Source: Antedon mediterranea (lineage: Eukaryota; Animalia; Echinodermata). From it: DNA of 64,000 bases. The position numbers and the translations under genes were made by a program. Under the pieces are notes generated by a model. That model saw only the letters and a program-made list of their open reading frames with translations. It ran no database searches and was not told the origin of the DNA. Each line of letters opens with the position of its first letter. Position 1 is the first letter of the stretch. Below, piece after piece: positions 10,033-22,700 of the stretch. The stretch lies in the NCBI RefSeq assembly GCF_964355755.1, contig NC_092671.1, positions 15,376,001 to 15,440,000 of the forward strand, written 5' to 3'.

Positions 10033-10869
10033 ATGAATATTCATTTGATAAAGAACTGGAAAGAGAATTTCAGCAGCAGTGTACGTTGGTCGCGAGTCAT
10101 GTCATGGACCTAATTTTATGCCTCCATGTTCACAGTATTTTTATACCTCCATGTTCACAGTAGGCTTAAATCAATTAAGCTACTGCAATAACTAGATAAT
10201 AGCCAATTATTTACATTTAATGAAAATCATTGATCATTTATAAAATAATGAAAAGCTATTTCATACCAGTAACGTTTTAATTAATTAATTTATTTACTAA
10301 AAGTAAAAACGAGGAAAAACACATTATACCATGGAGTAAAGACTTTACTCCATGATTATACTGAAATATAAATATTATGGATTTGTTGTTCGGCCTTATA
10401 TTCATTATTTCAATTTTAAATGGATAATTAATTTAATGACAAAATTATATATAATGAAAATTAATAGACTCCTAGGCTAGTTAGGCCTAGTGAGTAGAAG
10501 GGCTTCCGACCCAATACATCGTGGCGTGAACATGAACATGCATGACTTTGATGTTTTTTGTGAAAAAGTTTTATCAATGGTCTAAAACGTCTCCAACTCA
10601 GCTCCTCCTACGTAGTTTCAGATTTATAGATATGATGTTTAACATACTTACAAATATTTAGGCCTAACTTAAACTTGCATTAAAAAATTGGGTATTTTAA
10701 TTATATTGAACAATAATTAATTAGTACCTACCAGGCTACCGATGCTCTGCTATTGTTTGTTTCATAAACTTAACCGCCGGACGTAAATAAGTAAATAAGC
10801 TTCCAATTGTAAGAAGCTTGTACACAGAGCGAATTTGTCATTCTACCAAGGTAAAATTACAAAATAGGT

Positions 10870-11342
10870 TCTCCCTGTACTATCGATGACGAATTCATCG
10901 AAGATCAACTTAAAGGTTTGAATGCAACCAAAAGCGCAGGTCTCGATAATATTCTTGCTTGATTTTTAAAAGATGGAGCTTCGGTACTTAAACATGTATA
11001 TTGTAAACCTGTCAATTATTAACGGTATTGTCCCAGATGATTTCAAAGTGGCTAAAGTAAAATCACTATTCAAAAAGAACAGTCGGACTGACGTATATAA
11101 TTATCGGCCTGTAAGTGTTCTGCCTGTAGTTTCGAAAATCCTCGAAAGGGCAATACATTAACAGCTTGTTAAATATTCAGAAACAAACCAATTATGAATT
11201 TCAGTCCGGATTTCGTAGTGGCCATTCCACTGAAACGTGTCTGATTCATTTATTGGACTTCATTCAAACCCAAATGTCACTTGGCAAACTTACTGGGATG
11301 GTGCTTTTGGATTTACAAAAAGAATTTGATACCGTTAATTAT
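10870..11342 (+). mobile_element. CR1/L2-group LINE ORF2 fragment (N-terminal half of RT), degraded
   Basis: KSAGLDNI...FKVAKVKSLFKK...NYRPVSVLPVVSKILERAIH...QSGFRSGHSTETCL...LLDLQKEFDTVN, with stops and frameshifts. Confidence 0.9.
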
Positions 11343-11933
11343 TATTAGTATTATTATCAATGTTATTAGTATGTTATTTTTTAAAGAAAATATTATTAGA
11401 CCTATTATTAAAGATGTCATTTAATTTAAATATTATATTGTTTATTATTATTTATGTTCTCGTTAATACTGTATATTATGAGTTATGATCTTTATTTGTT
11501 ATTTAGTTAAAGTGGTATTATTTTTATTATTATTTTGATTTTCTAATTTTAATATTTAATCTTATTTTTAGTGTTTTGTTAACCATATTTATTTATATAC
11601 CTAAATAAAGACTATCATAATTGCTTAATGTCAGCGCCATCTATAAAAACGTCAAAACGTCGTCCATCTGTGATGAGGATTCAGATTATGCATGAAACAA
11701 CAAGCCAATCAAGCTCAATTATTTTAATTTGCGCGTATTAAGTTAATAACATCAGACGAACTTAGTTTTACCAAAGTAACCGTCTTGGTTTGGTTTGTTT
11801 TATTTGCATCTCAATAAATATGACGTGGGGAAATACAAGAATACACAAAATCAAGTTAAAAAGTTATTCTACAAAAAATACATCATACATTATTACAATC
11901 ATTTTAAAAATTTTCCTTCATTGTTTTTAAGCA

Positions 11934-12169
11934 TTTTTTTTTTTACTGAATCTCTTTTATTTGTACTTAACTACAATTCAATAATACAATTAAAATCAGG
12001 AAAAAAAACGGACTATGAGATTCAAGGATAGCCCATGAAAGTCCTAGTTATAGGACTTATTTCCAATGGGGTCCTTTAAAAATAATAAAATTTAAACAGA
12101 AGACATAACAAAATAGCAAAAAGAACAAATAATAAAAACAGCAAACAGAACAATAGATATTTTATATTG

Positions 12170-12201
<32 letters not shown>

Positions 12202-13170
12202 TTTATCGTAATTATTATTATGTATGTAGTGCTTTGTCTTTTAGATGTTTCTTAACGTTTAATTTAAAAGAGTAGATTGTCGGGTTACTTTTAATTGGTA
12301 GGGGCAAAGAGTTGTAGAAGAATGTATTTGATGATTTAGTGGGAATTCTAAAATTAAATGAACTATTTCTAGTGTTATAGTTGTGGGAATGAACAATTCT
12401 ATGGAAGTTGTAATGCATGTTGTACAGTATTGTGGGCTGCTATTGTGAAAAACTTTATAGACATGACATAATCTTAAAAACTTTGCTCGATCATCAACAT
12501 TCAGAAATCCTAACAAATTCAACTCGTTTTGACCGACGTGAGTCCGGGGGCCTTTCTTATTAATGAATCTAACTACATTGTTTTGAACAATTTGAAGTTT
12601 ATTTTGATATTTCTTGGATATACCGACATAGGCTACCACGATGAAGATGAATAATCGAAAAGACATAGGATAAGGGCCGTTGATAGACGTTTTCTACAAT
12701 TAAAATTAAGATAATCAGATTATCTGTAGAGAAACTTTAACCTAGTATTAACAGTTGAAGCAATAGAGTAATCCAAAGTTTCTATTTTAAATTGATCAAT
12801 TTGCTTTAGTAATATACACTCAGCTTTACCCATATGCAATGATAGCTTCAATAAGCCAGTTATTACAACTATTTAAGTTAGTTGTTAATTTATTTTTAAT
12901 TATCAAAGGGTCTTTATCATCATAAATTAAGGTGCTGTCATCGGCATAGTATAAGTTTACAATCAGAATCCACCCCGATAGATATATCATTAATGTATAT
13001 TAAAAACAACAATGGACCCAGTATACTCCCCTGGGGAACACCACAATCAATTGAAAGTTTATTGGAACAAATTCAATTGACATGAACAACTTGGCTTCTA
13101 TCACTTAGATATGACTTAAACCATTGCAGTGAATCAACTTTAATTGCGTCAAGCTTGTTAAATAGAATGT
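11934..13170 (-). mobile_element. CR1/L2-group LINE 3' fragment (C-terminal half of RT, 3' UTR, A-rich tail)
   Basis: HILFNKL...WFKSYLSDRSQ...[20 protein letters not shown]...YADDS...KLQIVQN...HNYNTR, then a 3' UTR with ggaccccattggaaataag, AATAAA and an A-run. Confidence 0.9.
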
Positions 13171-13649
13171 GTAGGCCTAATAACACTCAATCAAAGTTAA
13201 GTATTGTACTTTTCCGCTCTTTATAGTTTCTTTTTTTGTACAATCCGTTTCCTTTCTTATAAATGTTTTTTCTTTTTATTTTCTCTTTATACTTTTATTT
13301 AACCTTCAGGCTAACATAATGTATGTAATGTATGTAAGAACGCACCCCCCAGAAGAACGTGTGCCGCCAATTTAAATGCGTATGTTCAATAAAGTTTAAT
13401 TTATAAAACATACCAAATTGACTAGTGAGAATTCTCGACTATTACCGCAGAACTACTGTACGACGAAGTCTACTGGTATAATCGGATAGGCTGATTTCCT
13501 TGTACTGGTGGTAGTAGGACCATGTCCATCCTATTACAGTTAAAATAAAGTTGAGCTAACTGCGACCATGTCCTACCATGCTAATGTAGGAGTGGGGAAA
13601 TGTTATACTTACTACTGTTTCTTTTAATAATTTAGTACAATTAATAGAA

Positions 13650-13985
13650 ATATAAAGAATAGGATAAACTTAACAATATACAATTACACAACATTAATAT
13701 ACGATAACTATAGTCATTTTGGTATACTTGAGCACAGTGATAAAGAATAGAATACACGTAACAAAATACAACAAATAACATTAATGTATGATGTAGTTTA
13801 ACACTGTTCAAAGTTCAACTATAGTCATTTTGGTATACTTGAGCACAGTGATCAAGAATAGGATACACGTAACAATATACAACAAATAATATAACATTAA
13901 TGTATGATGTAGTTTAACACTGTTCTCAACTATAGTCGTTTTGGTAAACTTGAGAAAAGTGATAAAGAATAGGATACATGTAACT
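13650..13985. repeat. Imperfect tandem repeat, about 110-bp unit, about 3 copies
   Basis: aactatagtcattttggtatacttgagcacagtgat(a/c)aagaatag recurs at about 13707, 13817 and 13927. Confidence 0.75.
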
Positions 13986-14155
13986 CTACACGGATCTCAA
14001 CTGTCAAAATGCGCCTCTACACTTTTCAATGTGGTACTCTCTCTGACGTCAGGTGGTGTAATACTGTCAATCATTACCTCATCGGCTGCAGACCCGACGA
14101 TTTATTATATTTGTCGTCATATTTTTCCTTCTAATTTCATCTTGTTGTAAATATA

Positions 14156-14675
14156 CAAGCAGGCGGTCCGAGTTCGAGTCTCGATTGGGGCGACTTTTTC
14201 TCATTTTCACAGATTTCCTCATCTTTATCGTTTCAAATTAAATAAATAATAAAATTAAATTTCAGTATATCACCGGGCGGTTTCGAATTAATGTTCATTG
14301 CCTAATGTGTTTATATATATAAAAGTATCTCGGAGATCCCGCCTCGTGAATAAAAATACTGAAAGATGAGGGCGTATCAATTTGATCTCTGGTGCGCGTG
14401 CGTACAACTGAGGACTAGTGCTGTTCCGCCGTACACCACGCCGAGAATGTTAGAGAGTCGCTAGCGCTATCCAATCGAGTTTGAACAATAGCATGAAAGC
14501 CTCAGTGGTCTAATGGTTAGTACATCTGCATATCAAGCAGGCGGTCTGAGTTCGAGTCTCGGTTGGGGCGACTTTTTCTCATTCTCACAGATTTCCTCAT
14601 CTTTATTGTTTCAAATTAATTAATTAAATTTCAGTATATCACCGGGCGGTTTCGAATTAATGTTCATTGCCTAAT
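14156..14675 (+). mobile_element. Two copies of a tRNA-derived SINE-like repeat (14156-14306 5'-truncated; 14499-14675 with full head)
   Basis: A-box TGGTCTAATGG and B-box GTTCGAGTC followed by a shared, near-identical non-tRNA body ending aatgttcattgcctaat. Confidence 0.7.
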
Positions 14676-14854
14676 AGTATATATATATATACTATAAACT
14701 TTCACAATAGAATAACACAATTGATCTTTCATCTAGTTTTATTTTCTCATCATCGATTTTGAAAATCATGACTTTTTTTGCTAGCTTGTTACTACAGTAA
14801 TATGCAATTAAAAACAACCACCGACAGTTATATGCTATATGCTATAATAAATTT

Positions 14855-15205
14855 AAAAGCAAAATCATTATTATTCGTTTTTATTATATAGCAGGATAAT
14901 TATTTGTTTATTTCGTCTTTTTAGGAAAAACTCCATTCTACTTATCACGTATAGAACAGTTATTGTTTTACTTTCTCCTCATTTAGATGTTTTATGTTCC
15001 TATTAAATACACCGGCAGTTATGAATAGGCAATAAACACGTTTGAATTCTCCTCATAAATCATGTATTAAAAAATGTAAAAGCAAAATCATTATCAGAAA
15101 AATATTATATATATTATATAGCAGGATAATTCTTTGTTTATTTCGTCTTTTTAGAAAAAATCAATTTTACTTATCACGTACAGAACAGTTATTGTTTTAC
15201 TTTCG
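14855..15205. repeat. Local direct duplication of about 120 bp
   Basis: aaaagcaaaatcattat...tattatatagcaggataat...acttatcacgta.agaacagttattgttttactttc occurs at about 14855-14975 and 15077-15204. Confidence 0.7.
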
Positions 15206-15489
15206 TGTTCCTTACACTGAATCCATGTAATATATCTCTCATAATACTAACAGTTTTAGTGAACAAACTACAAAACAAATGTATACTCCCCCTGCGCACT
15301 CCTAAAGCTTGGTTCCCGCTAATAGTAATACTTTGTTCCGACTATGGGCGTAAGTGATTTATCCAATCACAAGCGATGGATTATTCGAACTGTCGCTTGT
15401 CATTGGTCAACTCGCTTGCGCTGCGTTTCTAGTGATAAAGCGTGGTTCCCACTAGAACGCAGCTTAACTAAGCTTTAGACGCAACGCAA

Positions 15490-18400
15490 TAGTCCATGGG
15501 ATTTAGACTTTTAACTCACACAAATTGCAAGAAAAGGTTTTTTTGATGAAATGTGTTCTTTAGACCCTACTGAACACATTTATCAACGTTAGGACATTTT
15601 TCGACAACAGGAAGTAGCCTAATTTGCATAATTAAAAATGGCCGCCATTTTTAATAACGTACTCTGTATCTTGGAAACCGCTAGTCACAGATACTTAATT
15701 ATGGTGCCAAAATCGTTAGAATATATGTTTTTATATTCACTTTAATGAAAAAGTTTGTCCAAAAATGAATGGAAGTGCTATTTCTAACATTATTGACCTT
15801 TGACCTTGATTTATCATATCTCGGCAACCACTAATCGGAGATATACAAATTAGGGCTTAAATTGTTCAGAAACTACACTTTTATATCCAGTCTAATGGCA
15901 TGTTTTTGCAAAAAATGGCGGATTCTAGCATTATTGACCTTTGACCTTGATTTATCATATCTTAGCAACCACTAATCTGAGAGACACACAATATGGCTCA
16001 AACTGTTCAGAAACTACATATTTATATTAAGTCTAATGGCATGTTTTTGCAAAAAATGGCCGATTCTAACATTATTGACCTTTGAACTTTGCACTACATA
16101 AAATCGCATAACTTTGAAAATATTGTACATATGAAATTATTTTTAGTGTCAAATTATTCAGAACATACATGTTTCTATAGAGTCCAATGACACATTATGT
16201 CCAATAATGACGTATTGTATGGTTATTAACATTTGAACTATATTTGAAAAAGATTTTTAAACCCGGAATCTTCTTCATGTAGGCATTCATTAGAACATGT
16301 GATTTGGCACTACTTGTTTAGAATATGGTGGTAATTTAAAGTGCATGTAACCAGTTGATTTAAATTAAATTTAAAAACTGAAAATATTCACTTTAAAAAA
16401 AAAATATTAGACTATATATACATACATAATAGGTTTGGATTATTAATACATTTTTAATTAGGTCTTACATCTTACTCAGAAGAAAGTTGGTGTTGACACT
16501 ATTAACCCTTTCACTGCGTATACCCGGTACTACCGGGTATAAACAAACGTCGTTTAAGTGCGTATACCCGGTAATACCGGGTATGGGCAAAACAATGATT
16601 TAATCGTATTTGCCTATAATATATAGCACCCTCTATATTTGTTCGATGAACTTGAATATTTTTGCAAGTCATTAAAAAAATTTTCCAGCAAAAAAAACGA
16701 CCCTCTATAGCTGTATTATTGTCTTGAAAATCATGCGCCCTCTATAGTTATATTATATATAGTATAGTGTAGCGTAATGGCGGCCATTTTGAAAGTAACC
16801 AAAATTTACCAGCCCCAATAGGGCAACATTGTGTTTATCACAACACGCAAAAAAAAAAAATTCTGAAACAATAGTTAGTTTTGTACTATAGTGAATTTTT
16901 GGGAAATGTCATTATTTTCACGATTTTGCCCCAAAACTTTGATTTGTGCATAATTTTTATAAAATAATAAAAATAATTCAATTTTTTTTTATATTTTTAT
17001 TTGTTATACGTATCTTTATCAATATCCAGTTGGAAAAACGTATTCCATAAGAATTTCTTATAGAAAATATAGTTTTTATCATTGATTCGATAAAAAACAC
17101 GAAATCCAAAATACCTGTAATGACGTCACATGACGTCATCAATATGCAAATTACATTTTTTTTATACCTAACTGTAGACTAACCCTTTGCCCATCACACA
17201 CCACAAAAATAATTACACAATTATCTCAATTAGTATTTTTTTGCAATTTATTAAAATACCATATGTTTTTCTTAAATATACATTACGCACAGAGGTGGGA
17301 ATAATGCTCCGCAGTGAAAGGGTTAACAGAGCCAACAAAAATGTAGTTTTTTTTAATGATATATTGTACATACTTTAAATAGGCCATGCCATTTTGCAGG
17401 TTTATGAACGTTTTTTTCAAGTTAGTAATTTATTTTTTGATCAAATTAAATTGCCATTAAATGGCATATTCAAAAAAACAAATTTCTAAAGATTATTTAG
17501 TTTATATTTTGGATAGGATAGCATCACTCTTGAGGGCATTATTTTAGGTTGAAACATAGTCTTATTAAGAAGGCATTTTCTACTATAGACGCATTGTTGA
17601 CAACTGGAATTTTAAAAGATCGATATTAATGCAACATATTTAGTTTAGTTTAATTAATTGGCTATCGAGACTCATAATTAGGCTGACCACCACTTGCAAT
17701 ATTTTCGCCGTATACAGTAAAAACCTCAGTTTCTTGTGGAATTTATTTATTTATTTCAATAACCATATACAGTACGACTACTAGTGGTGTATAGTTTTTA
17801 ACCTTTTATAACTTGTTTTTGTACTTTTTTTACGTGAATGTATTGTATTGTATGTACCATGTTTCTATGTGGTTTAATTTTTACCATTTTTTAACCATCA
17901 ATTTTAATGCTTTTAATAGAAATATCTTGTAATTCAGCTTCAGCTGCGAAAACGATAAGAAATAAAATAAACAAATGTGTAAACTTGTAGGCAGTTTATG
18001 GATGAATGCAATAGTTTATGCTTATACATTTAATGTACCATGGCCTACTTTAAACTAAACATAATAAGTCAACGTGGCAACTCTTACATTTTAGAGTGCC
18101 AAATCACATGTTCTAATGGATGTCCACATGAAGAAGATTCCGGATTGAAAGACTTTTCAAATATAGTTCAAATGTTAATAACCATACAATAGGCCATTAT
18201 TGGACATAATGTGTCATTGGACTCTATAGAAACATGTATGTTCTGAACAATTTGACACTAAAAATAATTTCATATGTACAATATTTTCAAAGTTATGCGA
18301 TTTTATGTAGTGCAAAGTTCAAAGGTCAATAATGTTAGAATCGGCCATTTTTTGCAAAAACATGCCATTAGACTAAATATAAATATGTAGTTTTTGAACA

Positions 18401-18924
18401 GTTTGAGCCATATTGTGTGTCTCTCAGATTAGTGGTTGCTAAGATATGATAAATCAAGGTCAAAGGTCAATAATGTTAGAATCCGCCATTTTTTGCAAAA
18501 ACATGCCATTAGACTGGATATAAATGTTTAGTTTCTGAACAATTTAAGCCCTAATTTGTATATCTCCGATTAGTGGTTGCTGAGATATGAGAATTCAAGG
18601 TCAAAGGTCAATAATGCTAGAAATAGCACTTCCATTCATTTTTGGACAAACTTTTTCAATAAAGTGAATATAAAAACATATATTATAATGATTTTGACAC
18701 CATAATTAAGTATCTGTGACTAGCGGTTTCCAAGATACAGAGTACGTTATTAAAAATGGCGGCCATTTTTAATTATGCAAATTGGGCTACTTTCCGTTGT
18801 CGAAAAATGTCCTAACGTTGATAAATGTGTTCAGTAGGGTCTAAAGAACACATTTCATCAAAAAAATCTTTTCTTGCAATTTGTGTGAGAAAAGGGTCAT
18901 TTTTTAGCTAAATCCCATGGACTA
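15490..18924. mobile_element. Non-autonomous Academ-like DNA transposon with about 820-bp TIRs
   Basis: Termini TAGTCCATGGGATTTAG and CTAAATCCCATGGACTA; 3-bp TSD CAA; arms at about 15490-16312 and 18095-18924 are inverted copies; no transposase ORF. TAG...CTA termini with a 3-4 bp TSD fit Academ. Confidence 0.8.
16506..17322. mobile_element. piggyBac-type MITE nested in the Academ-like element
   Basis: TTAA-CCCTTTCACTGCG...CGCAGTGAAAGGG-TTAA, with duplicated subterminal palindrome tatacccggta.taccgggtat. Confidence 0.9.
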
Positions 18925-19477
18925 CAAGGACGTACGAGGCGCAACGTGAATGATCGCAAGCAACAGTCAATTCCGGTGCGTTGATGTCGTTCCTGCGTTG
19001 CAAGTTACAACCAAACTTTTATCGGGCCCCGGCAGTGTCCCCTTAATACAGGTTCTACTCCTGTATACGTTTATTGTATTAAAACTATCACGCGTTTAAT
19101 GAAATGACGTCAAGAATTAATATTTATGTTAGGAACATGTATTTTAAGTATGCTATTATAATACACTAATTTATAGGCGGGTTGAGATCGATACTTTTTA
19201 GATATAAAAGTCTAGGTGACGAAAGAAGAGCGTTTCCCTATTGTTGACACACGTTTTCAATACACGCCTTATACCATTTGGCTATTTTTCAGATGCGTTG
19301 TTTTTATGTACTAAGCATCAATCAATTGTATCGTCATCTTTTTATTGCGTTGTTTATGAACATCTTGAAGTTGATGATTCAAATATATATTATTTTTTTC
19401 TTGGATGAGTTCATCTCACTTTTACTTCAATTCTATGTTATAAATAATGTATTGTACATAATTATACAAATATATAA

Positions 19478-19606
19478 ATCCAAAGGCAAATTACTAAAAC
19501 TAATGACAATGCTGTGAGTATCAGTAGCTGGATCTCACAATAAAATAGCAAAACGCTAAATAAAAACGATAAAGTAAAACAGCCAGAAAATTTAGCAGAG
19601 TTTTCT
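19478..19606 (-). repeat. Truncated copy of the Penelope-like repeat at 45215-45380
   Basis: Reverse complement matches aaaactctgctaa...ctggctgttttacttta...gagatccagc.actgatactcacagcattgtcatt. Confidence 0.7.
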
Positions 19607-19761
19607 TGAAATATATATATATGTCTGATTTTGCTGTAATCCTGGAGGGTACTTTGGATAACTTTACCAAATTACGTCGCCTGTCCGAGAAATGTGTCAG
19701 GTATCGTCACCATTTATACTATGACGTCCACTTAGTTCTGGTATTCTTCCAACACTGAATC

Positions 19762-22700
19762 TTAATTCATTTCCAATTCGTTGTTATCTATTCCAATTCT
19801 TGGTTTGCTGATTTTTTGGAACAAAGATTGTACTTTCAGCACAAAAAACTGACCAAGCTCAGCAAATGTTATGACACTAGCACCAATGAAAAGGCCTAAC
19901 TGGCCACCGATATCACCTACAGAATAGAACAATCTTGTTATGCCTCCAAGAATTGAAACATTTCTCAAGCTCTGTCTACACTATCAAACCTTATGTGACA
20001 AAAAAACTGTGATGTGCCCATACATGGACATGATGATGTCATAGCACTACCATATTTGGGCACATCACATTATTTGTGTACTGTCAAACTACAGTTTGAC
20101 AGTGTAGACAGAGCTTTAAGTGTTCTAGTGAGTTCCCGCCCTTTCCAGTACACAACGTATAGTTTACTCAATTCATTTAAATTTTTGTAGACATTTACTC
20201 TATCTATAGGCCTAACTTTGCGCTTTAAAACGATTAAAATCAGCGACACTTACTTAGAAGGGCTGAGAAAGTCATGGCTGCATTCTGTTTATACTCCTGG
20301 AAGTTAAGTTCTGCGTAGTACACGTCCAGTAAGATAAAGTTTTCTCTGTTAAGATGGAAACATTTAAATTTAACCAGTAAACAAAAAAATAAATCTACTA
20401 AAATATTTAAATTGAACACTGTTAACTATTTTAAATAGATGCACATCAAAAACTACTTCTTATTGTTTGTACTTTAACGTTTTTTAAGCTTGGACGCAAC
20501 GCAATGCAAGCGTGTTGACCAATGTCAAGCGACCGTTCGAATAATCCCAGGCTTGCTTGTGATTGGTCAGCTTACTTACATTGCGTTACGTCCTTCTCTA
20601 GTGGGAACCAAGCATAAGCTAATGAATAACAAATTTTGTATTTGTTAGAAATTATTTCTTGAACGCTCTGATGTAGACTTAATCGCGTTAACGTCGAACA
20701 TTTGACGCTTTATATGTCATTGCATTTTTCCACTCACGTGATATATGCCGGTGTGGCGTCAAAGTCAGCTTCGGCGTTTTTATTCGGTATTGATGCGTAA
20801 TTTACCGATGTATCAAACGTTGTGTATTTGCAGGGTACTGGACAGTCGCATTCTCGTATTTTGCCACTCTTTAACTTCTCTAGAAATCAAAATGATAATA
20901 ATGATGATGATGATATCAAGCACGAATGTGCGATACTCAGGGTACAGCAAAAGAAGCTGTAATGACGTCATAAGACGGGATGTAACGTCATATACACATC
21001 AATAACCTCGCTACCAAATACGGCTATATTCCGGAAAGTTACGTCACATAACCGGAAATGGCATAATTAAGGTAAATTATGAAATCTCAAAGTGATTTTT
21101 TGCTATTTCCGGGAGCAGAAGTGATGTCATAGATAGGTTTTTTTTACTTATTCTCCAAGTCAAGACCTTTGAAATGACACCAAACACGGCTATATTACGG
21201 CGAAAATCGTTTGGCACCAAGGTACCATCTTCGAGACGTCATATGACTGCATCCGGTTTGAAATTAAAAAATCCGGCTTTATAGCTTTGAGGAAATGTCC
21301 CTGTAGTATACCCATGCCAAAATCCCAGCTCAATACTACAACGAATAAAGGAGGAGTAATACTCGATTGGTACCATCTTTATGACATCATAATTCTGCAT
21401 CCGGTTGCAGTACGAACATTTTCTCTCTATAGCTTTGTTCACCTATTACCCTAGGTATATGCATGCCATATTTCAGAGCAGTCAGAACTAGTAGGACTTG
21501 AAAGGTGGCTCAATAGAGCCTAGTCCTAGATTCGGGTACCCCGAGTAAAAGTGTAGTTATTATGAGCATTACAGATTCTATGTGGTACAAGCTACCGCTC
21601 TTCTGTGTAAATTGTTCTTTTGACAGAACATGGCCCATTGGCGCTTACCAAGTACATCTTTTGCACATGAGTTCGTTTGTTTTGGTGTACACTCTGTTGC
21701 TTTACCAGGGTATCTAAAAACCAATAATAACAATATTTCGTCTTATAATGTTTAATATTCTACTGAATTATATAAGAAATGCATACAGTGTATATGTATT
21801 CTTATTTATACAGTATTTAATAAGGATATTTTAGATAATATTCTAGGATGCCCTCTATAATTTCACACAAAAATGTTTCAATGCTGGCTCTGGTTTTGTT
21901 AAGGCTAACGGCTTTGTGAATGAATGTATGAATGGAGGGTTTACCAAAGATTGTATAGCGCCGCCAATCTTTGGGTTTACCACGAACAAGCGTGACGTGC
22001 ATTTTAATATTCTTTTTTATGCGTCAGCTTATACGCATGCGTAAAGAAGGATTTAGAAGAAGGAAACATGAATACATGAATATGTTTCACCAGAGTGTTA
22101 TTCTTAGTGTTGTAACTTTCAACTGTGTTGTTTGGTACAATAGTCTGAGTGCTATAAATGATAACAAGGCCAACAGCCATTAAGTCGCGTGCTACAATGC
22201 ATAGTGATACCGGACCGACAGACAAACAGACCGACAGACAGACAGACCGACAGAAAGACGGACCGACCGACATACTGAACTATACTGACCGAAATTACTG
22301 AACATGTTTAAAAATGTTGAAATGTTTAAAAACATTTATATTTTTTTAATTTACACGTGCGTAGCCTGTCACTTTTGACGTGCTCGTATAACGTAATTTC
22401 GAGTTGAAAAGTAAGTAAAGAAAACAGAAATCGGGCAAAAAGAGTGCGCAATAACATTTAACGCGCAGTGCGCGCGCAAAAATCTGCGCACTCATGGCAA
22501 TTTTATAAACGCTTAAAATTGCCTGAAACGTACTCTTATTTCATCGAAAATAAATTTTGAAAATTTTAAGCGCGCGTACGCATGCGTTACATGCGCTACG
22601 CACGTAATTGTATTGCCATATGATGATTTATGCCCTGAAATTTATGAGTACCAAATTTTATTTAATTGTGATTCATGGTTGTTAAGATATGATTACAAAC

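Noticed and set aside
8977-10113. Short ORFs with LRNLKLRK / AQFEIAQ repeats
   Set aside because: They are translations of the TTGCGCAA palindrome array on both strands.
10870-13170. Twin-priming 5' inversion
   Set aside because: The halves are convergent and separated by non-LINE DNA, whereas twin priming gives adjacent, divergent halves.
14499-14572. Functional tRNA gene
   Set aside because: It has A and B boxes, but I could not fold a convincing cloverleaf, and it continues into a shared non-tRNA body present twice. Treated as SINE-like.
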